This document shows positions 1 to 8,589 of a stretch of 64,000 nt of DNA, piece by piece. The stretch's first letter is position 1. Every line of letters begins with the position of its first letter. The position numbers and the translations under genes were made by a program. The DNA is from an uncultured Leptospirales bacterium (GTDB taxonomy: Bacteria; Spirochaetota; UBA4802; UBA5550). The notes under the pieces were generated by a model, which saw only the letters and a program-made list of their open reading frames with translations, had not been told where the DNA came from and ran no database searches. Location: the NCBI GenBank assembly GCA_964514165.1, contig CAZEPS010000002.1, positions 873 to 64,872 of the forward strand. Reading direction: 5' to 3'.

Positions 1-113
1 CCATTGAGGACGTGCGGAGCTATAAATCGGGTTTTTTTACCCGAAAAATTTTCCCGAAATTTTTCGGACGGGGGATCGTGAAAAAAAAATAACGTTCGGG
101 GCAGGGTGGCGCC

Positions 114-593
114 ATGGAAAAAATACTCGAGCTGCGGGAGGTTGTCCGGGGGAAAGGGGTCTTCGCCCGGCAGGATATTGCCCCGGGGGAGCTGATTGTC
201 GAGTTCACCGGAGATACGTTCACCCGGGACGAGTACCTGAGGCAGGTTGACATGGACAACTGCCACTTTCTGCAGATCGGGGAGGATGTTTTCCTGGGTC
301 CCTCGGGAAAGATCGACGACTACTTCAACCACTCCTGCGATCCGAACGCCGGGGTTAAAGAGCGGCGGGGAAGGATAGAACTTGTTGCCGTTAGCGACAT
401 CGCCCCCGGTGAGGAGATCACCTTTGACTACTCCACTACCATGGACGAGGACTTCTGGGAGATGGAGTGCCGCTGCGGATCACCCGGCTGCAGGGGCCTG
501 GTGCGCGACTTCAGGCACCTTCCGGAACCGCTGAAGAGGCGCTACCTCGATCACGGGATCGTCCTTCCCTTTATCGCGAAAAAATACCGTTGA
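114..593 (+). CDS. SET domain-containing protein (putative protein-lysine methyltransferase)
   Basis: 159 aa. SET-domain hallmarks: GKGVFA near the N-terminus, NHSCDPNA, FDYS, and a C-terminal Cys cluster CRCGSPGCRG (post-SET-like). Confidence 0.8.
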   Translation: MEKILELREVVRGKGVFARQDIAPGELIVEFTGDTFTRDEYLRQVDMDNCHFLQIGEDVFLGPSGKIDDYFNHSCDPNAGVKERRGRIELVAVSDIAPGEEITFDYSTTMDEDFWEMECRCGSPGCRGLVRDFRHLPEPLKRRYLDHGIVLPFIAKKYR

Positions 594-594
594 A

Positions 595-1146
595 TTATTC
601 CATCAGAAAGACCACCGCGGCGATGACCGTGGTCCAGAGGCCGTTCTTGTTCCCCTCCGAGGACTGGCAGATGTTTCTCGTTTTGAAAATGTGGCCGCTC
701 GCCCGGTAGACCTGTTTCCGCTCGTCCCAGGCCTGGTCCGGATCAAAACTGATGCCGAGGGTGGTGGCGAGCATGGTGGCGGCCAGGTCCTCGGCGTATT
801 CCCCCGAGTGTTTCGCGGTCTCGCCGAAGGAATGGTGCTCCGAAAGGTATCCGTAGTTCTCCTCGTCCTTCGGCATGGCTATGCCGATGGCTGCGGACAC
901 GAGCCGGTTCGGCTCGTTGGTCTCGCTCCTGGCCATGACCGTGTAGGCTATCTGTCCCGGGGCGAGCTGCTTCATTCCCTGGGCCTTTGATATGACCTTG
1001 CATTTCGGCGGCATGATGCTCGACACGTAAACAAGGTTGCACTTTTCGATTCCCGCGCTCCGAAGGGCGGTCTCAAAGGAGGCCAGCTTGTCCCGGTGGA
1101 CGCCGACTCCCTTAGTGAGGAAAAATTTTTTCGGTACCATGATCAT
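595..1146 (-). CDS. pdaD: pyruvoyl-dependent arginine decarboxylase
   Basis: 183 aa. Strong similarity to the PdaD family, including the SSIMPP motif surrounding the self-cleaving serine. Size is typical for the family. Confidence 0.85.
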   Translation of the reverse strand: MIMVPKKFFLTKGVGVHRDKLASFETALRSAGIEKCNLVYVSSIMPPKCKVISKAQGMKQLAPGQIAYTVMARSETNEPNRLVSAAIGIAMPKDEENYGYLSEHHSFGETAKHSGEYAEDLAATMLATTLGISFDPDQAWDERKQVYRASGHIFKTRNICQSSEGNKNGLWTTVIAAVVFLME

Positions 1147-1162
1147 TTTCTTTCGTCACCTC

Positions 1163-2191
1163 TTAATCTGTAAAAAGTTTCTGCCATTCCCGTCTCTTTC
1201 TGTTTTTCCAGTCCCTTTTGTGATATATGTAACTCGCGATGAGAGGAAGGACCGTGGTCGCCTCTGCGTAGACTAGTTGCTCGTAGACCGTGTCCACCTT
1301 GCCCCAGGACGCGGCCTCCTTCAGGGTGGAGCTTGAACAGGCCCCGTCCCTGACGTCGGCCACCGTTATCTGGACTGCGTACTGATGCATCGGGACTTCT
1401 TTCCCCAGGACCTCGGCGCAGATCACCGTGTCCTGGATGAAGTTCTTCGGCACCCCGCCGCCGACCATGAATATGCCGGATGTTCCCGCCTCGATCTTGA
1501 TCTCGGTAAGTTCGCGGAAATCCCTGACCGAGTCTATGGAAAGGTGGCTCTCTTTATTTTCAAACTGGTGCTTCACCAGCCCGAACCCGGCGCTGGAATC
1601 GGAAAAGGCCGGGCAGAAGATCGGCACCCTGTTGTGAAACGCGGTCTCCACCAGGGAGCCCTTCTTCTTCGCGTTACCCGTCAGGTAGCGGCCCATCTCC
1701 ATGATGAATTCCCTCGAGGAATAAGGCCGCTTCTCCAGTGAGTCCGCTATCACCTTGATCGTCTCGTCGCAGATCTGGAGCTCCTCCTCGTCTATGTAGG
1801 TGTCGTATATTCGGTCGATGTAGAGTTCCCGAAGCAGGGAGTCGTCGGCGTGGGGGTTCCCCCGGTAGTGCCTGAACCCGATGGCCTCGAAGAAGTCCAT
1901 GTCCACGATTGCCGCGCCGGTGGCCACCACGGCGTCAACCATGTTGCATTCGACCATTTTCGCAAACAGGTCAAGGCAGCCCGCGGCCCCGGTGCTTCCG
2001 GCCACGGTGAGGAAAATGGTGCATTCAGGGTCCCGGATCATCTTGTCAAGGATGTCGGCCGCCCGGGCCGTCTCCCGGGAAGTGAAAGACATCTTCCGCA
2101 TCGCGTCGATGACCGGGGTTGAGTCAAAGGAGGTGAAGTCGACGTGCTCGACCGGCTCCCTGAGAAAGTCTTTTTTATTGTTATGTGCCAC
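1163..2191 (-). CDS. deoxyhypusine synthase-like protein (probable homospermidine synthase)
   Basis: 342 aa. Family-typical motifs (GSTGAAG, MVGGGVPKNF). It sits in an operon between pdaD and agmatinase, which argues for a polyamine role. Confidence 0.8.
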   Translation of the reverse strand: MAHNNKKDFLREPVEHVDFTSFDSTPVIDAMRKMSFTSRETARAADILDKMIRDPECTIFLTVAGSTGAAGCLDLFAKMVECNMVDAVVATGAAIVDMDFFEAIGFRHYRGNPHADDSLLRELYIDRIYDTYIDEEELQICDETIKVIADSLEKRPYSSREFIMEMGRYLTGNAKKKGSLVETAFHNRVPIFCPAFSDSSAGFGLVKHQFENKESHLSIDSVRDFRELTEIKIEAGTSGIFMVGGGVPKNFIQDTVICAEVLGKEVPMHQYAVQITVADVRDGACSSSTLKEAASWGKVDTVYEQLVYAEATTVLPLIASYIYHKRDWKNRKRREWQKLFTD

Positions 2192-2192
2192 T

Positions 2193-3125
2193 TTATTTCT
2201 CCTCGAATACGTAACTCAGCGTTTTATAGATAAGCTTGGCCGCGAGAAAATCGTAGGGACTGCTCGTCCTGTTCGGGCAGAGCTCGACAACATCGAACCC
2301 GACTATCCGCCGTTCCCGCGCCGTTTGGCGTAACAGGCCGGTCACCTGGGTCCAGTCAAGGCCCCCGGGCTCCGGTGTCCCGGTGCTCGGCATATAGGGC
2401 ACATCGAATACGTCAAGATCAATTGTAACGTACACGTCACCCGAGAGGGTATCCACCGCCCGGCTGATCCAGTCTACGCTTTTGTGGATCTCATCGGCGA
2501 AAAAAATCCTTTCGTCGTTGATCCCCGTTTCTGATATGTCCATGCTCCGGATACCGACCTGGGTCACCGGGGAATGCTCCATCATGCGCCTCATCACGCA
2601 GGCGTGGTTGAAGCGGGAGCCGTTGTATGACTCCCTCAGGTCGGCGTGGGCGTCAAGCTGGAGCACGGACAAGCCGCCGAAGCGGTCATGGTGGGCACGG
2701 GCCGCGCCGATGGAGACCGAGTGCTCCCCTCCGATGGTCACGGTGAAGGCATTCCGTTCCAGATGGCCGGTTACCCGCCGGTGGACCGCATCCGCCATCG
2801 CCTTCGGGGTTTTCTTTTCCGTGACCGGGGCGTCGGTGAATATGCCCCGCCGGTAGACCTCGGTGCCGGTCTCCGTGTCGTAGAGCTCCATGTTCGCCGA
2901 GGCCTCGACTATGGCTGCGGGGCCCCGGTCCGCCCCCTTCATCCAGGTGCTGGTCCCGTCGTAGGGAACCGGAACCACGGCAATGGCAGCTTTTTCCCTG
3001 GCAGAAAATTCACGAGGGATGTCGCCGAAATTCTTTCCTGTTTTCATTGATTCCTGTCCGTATGCGCTGAGCGGGTATTTTATCGTCGGGAAAGTCTGGT
3101 GCCAGGGATGCAGGTTTTCATACAT
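2193..3125 (-). CDS. speB: agmatinase (ureohydrolase family)
   Basis: 310 aa. Arginase/agmatinase metal-binding motifs (GGEHS, DAHADL, SIDLDVFD). The exact start is uncertain; Met 27 is an alternative. Confidence 0.85.
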   Translation of the reverse strand: MYENLHPWHQTFPTIKYPLSAYGQESMKTGKNFGDIPREFSAREKAAIAVVPVPYDGTSTWMKGADRGPAAIVEASANMELYDTETGTEVYRRGIFTDAPVTEKKTPKAMADAVHRRVTGHLERNAFTVTIGGEHSVSIGAARAHHDRFGGLSVLQLDAHADLRESYNGSRFNHACVMRRMMEHSPVTQVGIRSMDISETGINDERIFFADEIHKSVDWISRAVDTLSGDVYVTIDLDVFDVPYMPSTGTPEPGGLDWTQVTGLLRQTARERRIVGFDVVELCPNRTSSPYDFLAAKLIYKTLSYVFEEK

Positions 3126-3267
3126 ACCTCCCGATCCGGTATTAAGGATGCTGTATAATCAGGGGCGAAGTGCCCGCGAGCTGTTGCAGTGATACAGTTC
3201 ACCAGCGACTATCTGCCATATGGTATTTGTATGAAAAAAAATCAATTACTTGTTATCGAATAAAAAA

Positions 3268-3312
3268 AAAAGGGGGGATAAGCCCCGGAAGGCATATCCC
3301 CCCTCGTAATAA
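3268..3312 (-). terminator. rho-independent terminator downstream of the 3415..3630 gene
   Basis: On the minus strand, GGGGGGATATGCCTTCCGGGGCTTATCCCCCC forms a GC-rich stem followed by a run of 10 T. Confidence 0.7.
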
Positions 3313-3414
3313 CTGTTCGCTGCAATGTGTCACAGTAAAGTCTGAAGTATAGCTGGTCTGGGAATTACTCTACCCCTTCCTCGCTTCCCGGTTCATCGCC
3401 GGTTGTAAGTGCAT

Positions 3415-3630
3415 TTACTCTTCGTTCCCTGACGAGTCGTCAGAATCGTCGCTGTCAGAGTCGTCTTCTTCGGGATAGTCGTATGAATCACCGTAGTCAT
3501 AATCACCGGAATCGTCACTGTCGTCCTGGGCGAAAAGAGTGCTTTTCGACATGAGATTATCTGATGTCATTACCGGTGCCCACGCTATCATGGCAGTTCC
3601 GATCAAAAAAAGTAATACTAGTTTTTTCAT
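3415..3630 (-). CDS. small secreted acidic protein (signal peptide plus D/S/Y-rich tail)
   Basis: 71 aa. The N-terminal hydrophobic signal (MKKLVLLFLIGTAMIAWA) is followed by DDSDDSGDYDYGDSYDYPEEDDSDSDDSDDS. A terminator lies downstream. Confidence 0.6.
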   Translation of the reverse strand: MKKLVLLFLIGTAMIAWAPVMTSDNLMSKSTLFAQDDSDDSGDYDYGDSYDYPEEDDSDSDDSDDSSGNEE

Positions 3631-3779
3631 TTTTTTACCTCAGAAATATAGAATCTATACATCTATAACAAAAATAAAAATTTAAAGCGGACACCGGGGC
3701 TGAAAAAAATCGAAAAACCACGAAAAATTTGATGACTATCTGTTGCCGGACCTGAAAATCTGTGTATTTTTAATCTTTA

Positions 3780-3886
3780 GGGAACATCTATTAATTGAAA
3801 AAAAGGTTCCCTTTTGGGTACATATATTGGTTTAACTTTTATCAGCCTTGATTAACCAGTGCTAAATAAAATTGTTAGATGTACCC
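3780..3886 (+). repeat. structured intergenic repeat, family A, copy A1 (hairpin1 - core TTCCCTTTTGGGTACATATATTGGTTTAA - hairpin2 - AAATTGTTAGATGTACCC)
   Basis: Hairpin 1 is GGGAACATCT..AGGTTCCC. The core is shared with copies at 7655, 44501 and 63116. The terminal GGGTACATAT / AGATGTACCC pair is inverted. It lies directly upstream of the ECF sigma gene. Confidence 0.75.
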
Positions 3887-4005
3887 CGTTATAAAAAGAT
3901 ACAATCCGGTACCAGGCAGGCCAGGATAACCCCCGGGGCCAGTGTACTCGACAGTAAAGTAACGGTTCAACAAAAGCCGATTTCCATTACAGCAGTGAGG
4001 CCGCC

Positions 4006-4521
4006 ATGGTCGACATTTCGAGAATTGAGGATCTCTACCGGGAGAACCGGCGCCGGCTCCTTACCTTCATCTCCAGGATAACACAGGCCCCCGATTACGC
4101 CGAGGACATCCTCCATGATTCATTTGAACGGATACTCCTCTACATGGCGAGATACGATCTTAAGGAGGTGAACCTCCGGGCATTCGTATTCAAGACCGCC
4201 CGGAATTGCTCCATAAACTGGCTGAAAAGAAACAGCAGGATTCACCTCCCCATAGAGGTCGTGGACGAGCACCCCCATTACCAGATGGTTCATGAGAGAA
4301 TTGAATCGCCCCCCCTGACGGAGATCATGGTTCCCTATCTTGCCGGCGTGGGGGAGGGATGCCGTACGGTCTTTTTTATGAAGAATATCTCAGCCCTGTC
4401 CACGTCACAGATAGCGGAACGACTCGGGGTTTCGGAGCGGACCGTCCGCCGCAGGGTCCGCCGGGTCAACCAGTTTCTCAAAACGAATTACGCGCTTTCT
4501 GATTTTTCCGACGTGGCTTAG
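4006..4521 (+). CDS. RNA polymerase sigma-70 family, ECF subfamily sigma factor
   Basis: 171 aa. Region 2 (DILHDSFERILLY) and region 4 (HTH near the C-terminus: IAERLGVSERTVRRRV). No anti-sigma gene follows. Confidence 0.85.
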   Translation: MVDISRIEDLYRENRRRLLTFISRITQAPDYAEDILHDSFERILLYMARYDLKEVNLRAFVFKTARNCSINWLKRNSRIHLPIEVVDEHPHYQMVHERIESPPLTEIMVPYLAGVGEGCRTVFFMKNISALSTSQIAERLGVSERTVRRRVRRVNQFLKTNYALSDFSDVA

Positions 4522-4760
4522 ATTTTCTTTCCCTGATTTCAACAGAGTCAATTACATTAATGACAGCGACGGCACGAGAACTCACCCCCGTCCAGCCGAG
4601 CGTTCTTTTGACATCCTGTCACCCCCTGCGTATGTATTACACTCTCAGCGTAGAGCCCCCACACCGCGCGGCCAGCGCGGGGAACCAAAAGGGTTTTAAC
4701 CAACCCCTGGTTCAAAATCAAAGAAGGATAGGAGTAGTGTCGTAAAAAATATTATAAAGA

Positions 4761-4789
4761 TTGACACTGTACTAATAATTTAGTACACT
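4761..4789 (+). promoter_or_regulatory. sigma70-like promoter with embedded palindromic operator upstream of the toxin-antitoxin pair
   Basis: TTGACA (4761-4766), a 17-bp spacer, then TACACT (4784-4789). A perfect 7-4-7 palindrome GTACTAA-TAAT-TTAGTAC (4769-4786) fills the spacer. This is the classic autoregulation layout for a type II TA module. Confidence 0.55.
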
Positions 4790-4796
4790 TGGGGGG

Positions 4797-5177
4797 TTGG
4801 CGGAATATATCGCATATGAGGGTGACTATTTCACCATCGAATGGTATCATACTGAACGTGATGAGAGTCAAACACTTGAATATTTCAATGGTTTGAGTGA
4901 AAATCAGCAGGACAAGTTACTCTATCTTTTTCGGCGTATGGGTGATTTCGGCAAGATCAATAACAAGACGCAGTTTCGCTATGAAGGGGATGAGATATTC
5001 GCCTTTAAGCCTCAGCCGGACAGATTTCTGTGCTTTTTCGTGAAGGGAAAGAAAATCATTGTGACGAACGCGTTCAGGAAAAAGTCTGATAAATTGCCGA
5101 AGAATGAAAAAGAAAGAGCGGTAAGCTGCCGTGACGATTACATGCAACGAACTAAAAAGGGAATCTATTATGACTAA
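4797..5177 (+). CDS. higB: type II toxin-antitoxin toxin, RelE/ParE superfamily (HigB / Gp49-like)
   Basis: 126 aa with a TTG start after a GGGGGG SD. Gp49/HigB-like pattern (FKP..R.L.FF..G..I.L...F.KK). It overlaps the downstream HTH gene by 8 bp. The local context is low-GC. Confidence 0.7.
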   Translation: MAEYIAYEGDYFTIEWYHTERDESQTLEYFNGLSENQQDKLLYLFRRMGDFGKINNKTQFRYEGDEIFAFKPQPDRFLCFFVKGKKIIVTNAFRKKSDKLPKNEKERAVSCRDDYMQRTKKGIYYD

Positions 5178-5448
5178 GAAAATATCAACCTATGAACGAA
5201 TCATGAAAGATCCCCAAAGGCGGGGACGTTTTGAGAGGGGATACAATGAATTTCTTCTTAACGAATTTCTCCTTGAAGCCATGGAGGAAAACAATATTTC
5301 AGTGAGAAAACTCGCGGAAAAGGCCGGTGTGTCCCCGGCAATTATCCAGAATATTCGTTCCGGTAAAACATCGAACATTACCCTGAAAAAATTAAATGAA
5401 ATCACCACGGCTCTGGGATATCGAATCAAATTCCAGAAAATGAAGTAA
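5170..5448 (+). CDS. higA: XRE-family HTH antitoxin (HigA-like)
   Basis: The ATG at 5170 overlaps the toxin stop (ttATGActaa). HTH_XRE motif (VRKLAEKAGVSPAIIQNIRSGK). The toxin-first gene order is typical of HigBA. Confidence 0.7.
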   Translation: MTKKISTYERIMKDPQRRGRFERGYNEFLLNEFLLEAMEENNISVRKLAEKAGVSPAIIQNIRSGKTSNITLKKLNEITTALGYRIKFQKMK

Positions 5449-5672
5449 CTATCTCCTGGTATAAGGCTGTTTACACTACTGTGTCGACATGAGATTCCTT
5501 AACTCACCTTAGACATGAAATTCTTCACCTGATTTTTGCGACAAATGAATTGATGATGTGCTTGATAAACTGGCGGTCTTCCTCGGTCAGGTTATCAAGT
5601 ACCGACAGCTGCTCGATGAGTTCCCTGTCACCTTTCGGGGATTGGGGAAATAAAAAGAAGATCTCCCCTTTA

Positions 5673-7649
5673 TTACGAAACCCCCTTGAGCCAGCAGACC
5701 TGGTACGGCCGCAGCTTCAGAGAGATGGTGTCACAGTTCTCCCGGAATTCCCGCTTGCCCGCGATGTCTTTCCATGTGCTGACTGAACAGCCCAGGGCTC
5801 CGATGTCGATAACCACTGACTGGTTCTCCCCGGTGACATTGGTCAGGGCTATTATCCGCTCTTCCCCGTCCGGGGAGGTGCGGAGCACCGAGAAGATCCC
5901 GTCGTTCAAAAAAAGTACCTTCTGGGGCCCCTGGGGGTGGAAGGCCTTCTCACAGATCCGCTTGTGGATGAGGCGGGAGAGCCCGAAGGAGACCTTCCGG
6001 GCGGTGGTGTTCTCGTCCAGGAGGGCCTTTTCCAGGTCTTTTCTTAAAATGATGTTTCGGTTGATGCTCCGTTTCTCGTGTCCCTTCCTGATGGCCTCAA
6101 TGTCGTTTTTTGATCCCAGGAGGCCGTGAAGGTATACTCCCGGAACGCCCACGATCACCAGGGGTATCGAGCGGGCAGCCAGGTAGCGCCGCACCTGGAT
6201 GTCGACGTCCTCCCGGGAGCCCTCGAGGTTCATGGCGCTGTAGGAGGTAATGTTCAACTCGTAGGGGGACTCGCTCCCGTCCGGTTCGGTCCGGTAGGAG
6301 ATGAGGCCCCCGTGCTCCGTGACGTTGTCGGCCATGGAACGAATTTCCTCGTCGGTGAGTATCCCCCTGGCGCCGAGGAGGCCGATGCCGTCGTGGCTGT
6401 CGAGAAAATTGAAGAAGGTCGCGGCCGGCGAGGGGTTTTTCAGGGTGTCCAGCCACCGGGTGATGCGTTCGACGTTTCCGGTATGCATGGTATGGAGCAC
6501 CAGGGGGGGCAGGGCGAAATTGTACACCATCTGGGCCTCGTCGTGCCCGTCGCCGAAATAGCTGATGTTGTCCTCATGGGGCACGTTTGTCTCGGTAATG
6601 AGGGCGACGTGAGGCGCGACCTCGTCGAGCATCTTCCTGAAGAGCTTAATGATGGCGTGGGTCTGCCAGAGGTGCGCCCCGGTCGTTCCCGGCTCGTCCC
6701 AGAGGTAGGTCACCGCGTCAAGGCGGACAAGGTCCGCCCCCCTGCGGACGTAGTAGAGGAGGATCTCCGTCATCTTCAATAGCACTTTCGGGTTCTGAAA
6801 TTTCAGGTCGATCTGGTCCGGGCTGAAGGTGGTCCACACGTATTTCTTCCCGTGGTAGGTGTAAAACTCGGTGAGTACGCTGGAGGTGCGGGGGCGCATC
6901 AGTTTCCTGAGCCTTGCCTTCGATACCTTCCGCTTCTCGGAAAACACGGTGAAGAAGTCGTCATACTCTTTGTTCCCGTTCAGGAACTCCTGGAACCAGA
7001 AACTTCGCGCCGATATGTGGTTGAAGACACCGTCGAACATCAGCTTGAAGTCGTCTTTCATCCGGTTGATGTCGGCCCACTGGCCGAGGTTCGGGTCAAT
7101 CTGCCGGAAGTCCATGACCGCGAACCCCCGGTCCGACGAGTAGGGAAAAAAGGGAAGGATGTGTATGGTATTGAAAACCCCCCGGAGGTACCGTGTCGAT
7201 ATCTCAAGAAGTGTCTGCAGGGGTTTCCGGTGTTCGTCCTTGACCAGGTCGCCGTAGGTTATGAGCACCGCGTCCTGTTCAGTGAAGCGATCCGCCGGGG
7301 TGATGCCCTTCTCCCACTCGATCATCTCTTTCGTCTTGTAGGCGTGGTACACTCTGAGTATCCTCTCGAATTCCGGGAGGTACCGTTCAGCCTTCCGTTT
7401 CCCGTAGAGGGAGGTGAGGGTCTCTCTGATACAGGCCCTGGTTTTCTCTTTGATGCGGTATAGGGGGCGCTTGAAGTCTGCCTCAAGGGTGTGGAACCTG
7501 CTCCTTTCCACGGGTTTTTCTTCTTCCTTCCTGTACACTGGTCCTTCCTGTGTGAGATGTATTTCTCTCTCCCGGTGACGGGATGGAGTTGAATGACATC
7601 TGATGATTTGTTTGACATTTAGAATTTCTAACATGAAAATACTTTTCAT
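5673..7649 (-). CDS. GH13_18 sucrose-phosphorylase-like glycoside phosphorylase
   Basis: Conserved sucrose-phosphorylase blocks (ILPFFPYSSDRGFAVMDFRQIDPNLG, DGVFNHIS, VRLDAVTYL). The true start is probably internal. The first ~100 codons of the ORF overlap the intergenic palindrome and are low-complexity. Confidence 0.75.
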   Translation of the reverse strand: MKSIFMLEILNVKQIIRCHSTPSRHREREIHLTQEGPVYRKEEEKPVERSRFHTLEADFKRPLYRIKEKTRACIRETLTSLYGKRKAERYLPEFERILRVYHAYKTKEMIEWEKGITPADRFTEQDAVLITYGDLVKDEHRKPLQTLLEISTRYLRGVFNTIHILPFFPYSSDRGFAVMDFRQIDPNLGQWADINRMKDDFKLMFDGVFNHISARSFWFQEFLNGNKEYDDFFTVFSEKRKVSKARLRKLMRPRTSSVLTEFYTYHGKKYVWTTFSPDQIDLKFQNPKVLLKMTEILLYYVRRGADLVRLDAVTYLWDEPGTTGAHLWQTHAIIKLFRKMLDEVAPHVALITETNVPHEDNISYFGDGHDEAQMVYNFALPPLVLHTMHTGNVERITRWLDTLKNPSPAATFFNFLDSHDGIGLLGARGILTDEEIRSMADNVTEHGGLISYRTEPDGSESPYELNITSYSAMNLEGSREDVDIQVRRYLAARSIPLVIVGVPGVYLHGLLGSKNDIEAIRKGHEKRSINRNIILRKDLEKALLDENTTARKVSFGLSRLIHKRICEKAFHPQGPQKVLFLNDGIFSVLRTSPDGEERIIALTNVTGENQSVVIDIGALGCSVSTWKDIAGKREFRENCDTISLKLRPYQVCWLKGVS

Positions 7650-7660
7650 GTTAGAAATTC
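7622..7660. repeat. 39-bp perfect palindrome (18-bp arms GAATTTCTAACATGAAAA / TTTTCATGTTAGAAATTC, 3-bp centre)
   Basis: Read directly. It lies in the divergent region between the GH13 gene and the FGase gene, and abuts repeat A2. Confidence 0.8.
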
Positions 7661-7740
7661 CCTTTTGGGAACATATTTTGGTTTAAATCGGTCTGAATAT
7701 GAAAAAAAATTATTGATAAAACCGGTTTATTTATGTACCC
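7655..7740 (+). repeat. structured intergenic repeat, family A, copy A2
   Basis: Core TTCCCTTTTGGGAACATATTTTGGTTTAAA and terminal ATGTACCC match A1. Hairpin 1 is replaced by the 39-bp palindrome. Confidence 0.65.
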
Positions 7741-7798
7741 TTAATCATCGCGGTTTACTAACCTTACAGCAGTATACTATATTCTGAATTTTATTTCA

Positions 7799-8584
7799 AT
7801 GATAAATTACTGGAAGTTCATTCAGGGGGAAGATCTGCCGGTCGTCGCGGCGGCGATCCATGCCGGAAGCCGGATACCGCCCGGTTTCAGGAAACGGTAC
7901 GCCCTTCCGGCGTCAGGCCGCCTCCGGGAGGAGGACCCCTTCACCGGGTACTTTACCCGCATAACAGGGAACCGTATCCTGGTAAGGCTCTCCCGCTTCG
8001 CTGCGGACCTGAACCGGCCCCGGGAGAAGGCGGTCTACCTGAATCCGGAGGACTCCTGGGGGCTTCGGGTTTGGAAAGATTTACCGGCCGGTGAAGAACT
8101 CGGGAGTCTCCTTTCCCTGTACGACCGCTTCTACCGGGAACTCGGGGAATACCTCAACGCGGTGATCGAAAGGCGCCGACGAGTCGTCATGCTTGACATT
8201 CACTCCTACAACCACCGGCGGGAGGGTCCCGAAGCTCCGCCGGCAAACCCGGAGGAAAACCCGGCCATAAACGTCGGCACCGGCACCATGGGCACCGACA
8301 CGTGGAACCGGCTCATAAAGAGGTTTATACGTGACCTGAAAAGCTGTAATGTTGGGGGTGAGCCCCTGGACGTGCGGGAGAACGTGAAATTCTCCGGGGG
8401 GCATTTCCCCCGGTGGATCCACGAAAACTACCGCGACCGGGTGTGCGTTCTTTCCGTTGAACTGAAGAAGATTTTTATGGACGAATGGACCGGCAAACAG
8501 GATACTGCGGTCATGAAGGATATCCGCCGCGCCCTTGAACACGCCATTCCCGGGATAGCGGAAGAAATCGCCGGGCTGAACTGA
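7799..8584 (+). CDS. N-formylglutamate amidohydrolase family protein
   Basis: 261 aa. FGase-family pattern (HAGS..P, DIHSY). First gene of a conserved trio. Confidence 0.7.
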   Translation: MINYWKFIQGEDLPVVAAAIHAGSRIPPGFRKRYALPASGRLREEDPFTGYFTRITGNRILVRLSRFAADLNRPREKAVYLNPEDSWGLRVWKDLPAGEELGSLLSLYDRFYRELGEYLNAVIERRRRVVMLDIHSYNHRREGPEAPPANPEENPAINVGTGTMGTDTWNRLIKRFIRDLKSCNVGGEPLDVRENVKFSGGHFPRWIHENYRDRVCVLSVELKKIFMDEWTGKQDTAVMKDIRRALEHAIPGIAEEIAGLN

Positions 8585-8589
8585 AAAGC

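Noticed and set aside
691-1042. ORFs 691..990(+) and 743..1042(-) overlapping pdaD
   Set aside because: They lie entirely within the well-supported pdaD gene. Long antisense ORFs are expected in 60% GC DNA, and they have no recognisable motifs.
3812-3840. Sigma-54 promoter reading of the family A core (TTGGGTACATATATTGGTTT)
   Set aside because: The GG-N10 spacing is present, but the -12 element reads TTGG rather than the essential TTGC/GC. Not supported.
4560-4745. 61-aa ORF in the leader of the TA islet
   Set aside because: No start context, no motif, and it overlaps the TA promoter region. Likely non-coding.
6097-7463. Antisense and alternate-frame ORFs inside the GH13 phosphorylase gene (6097..6456, 6126..6782, 6852..7463 and others)
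   Set aside because: Pro/Arg/Gly-rich low-complexity translations typical of the wrong frame in high-GC DNA. The sense frame has clear family motifs.
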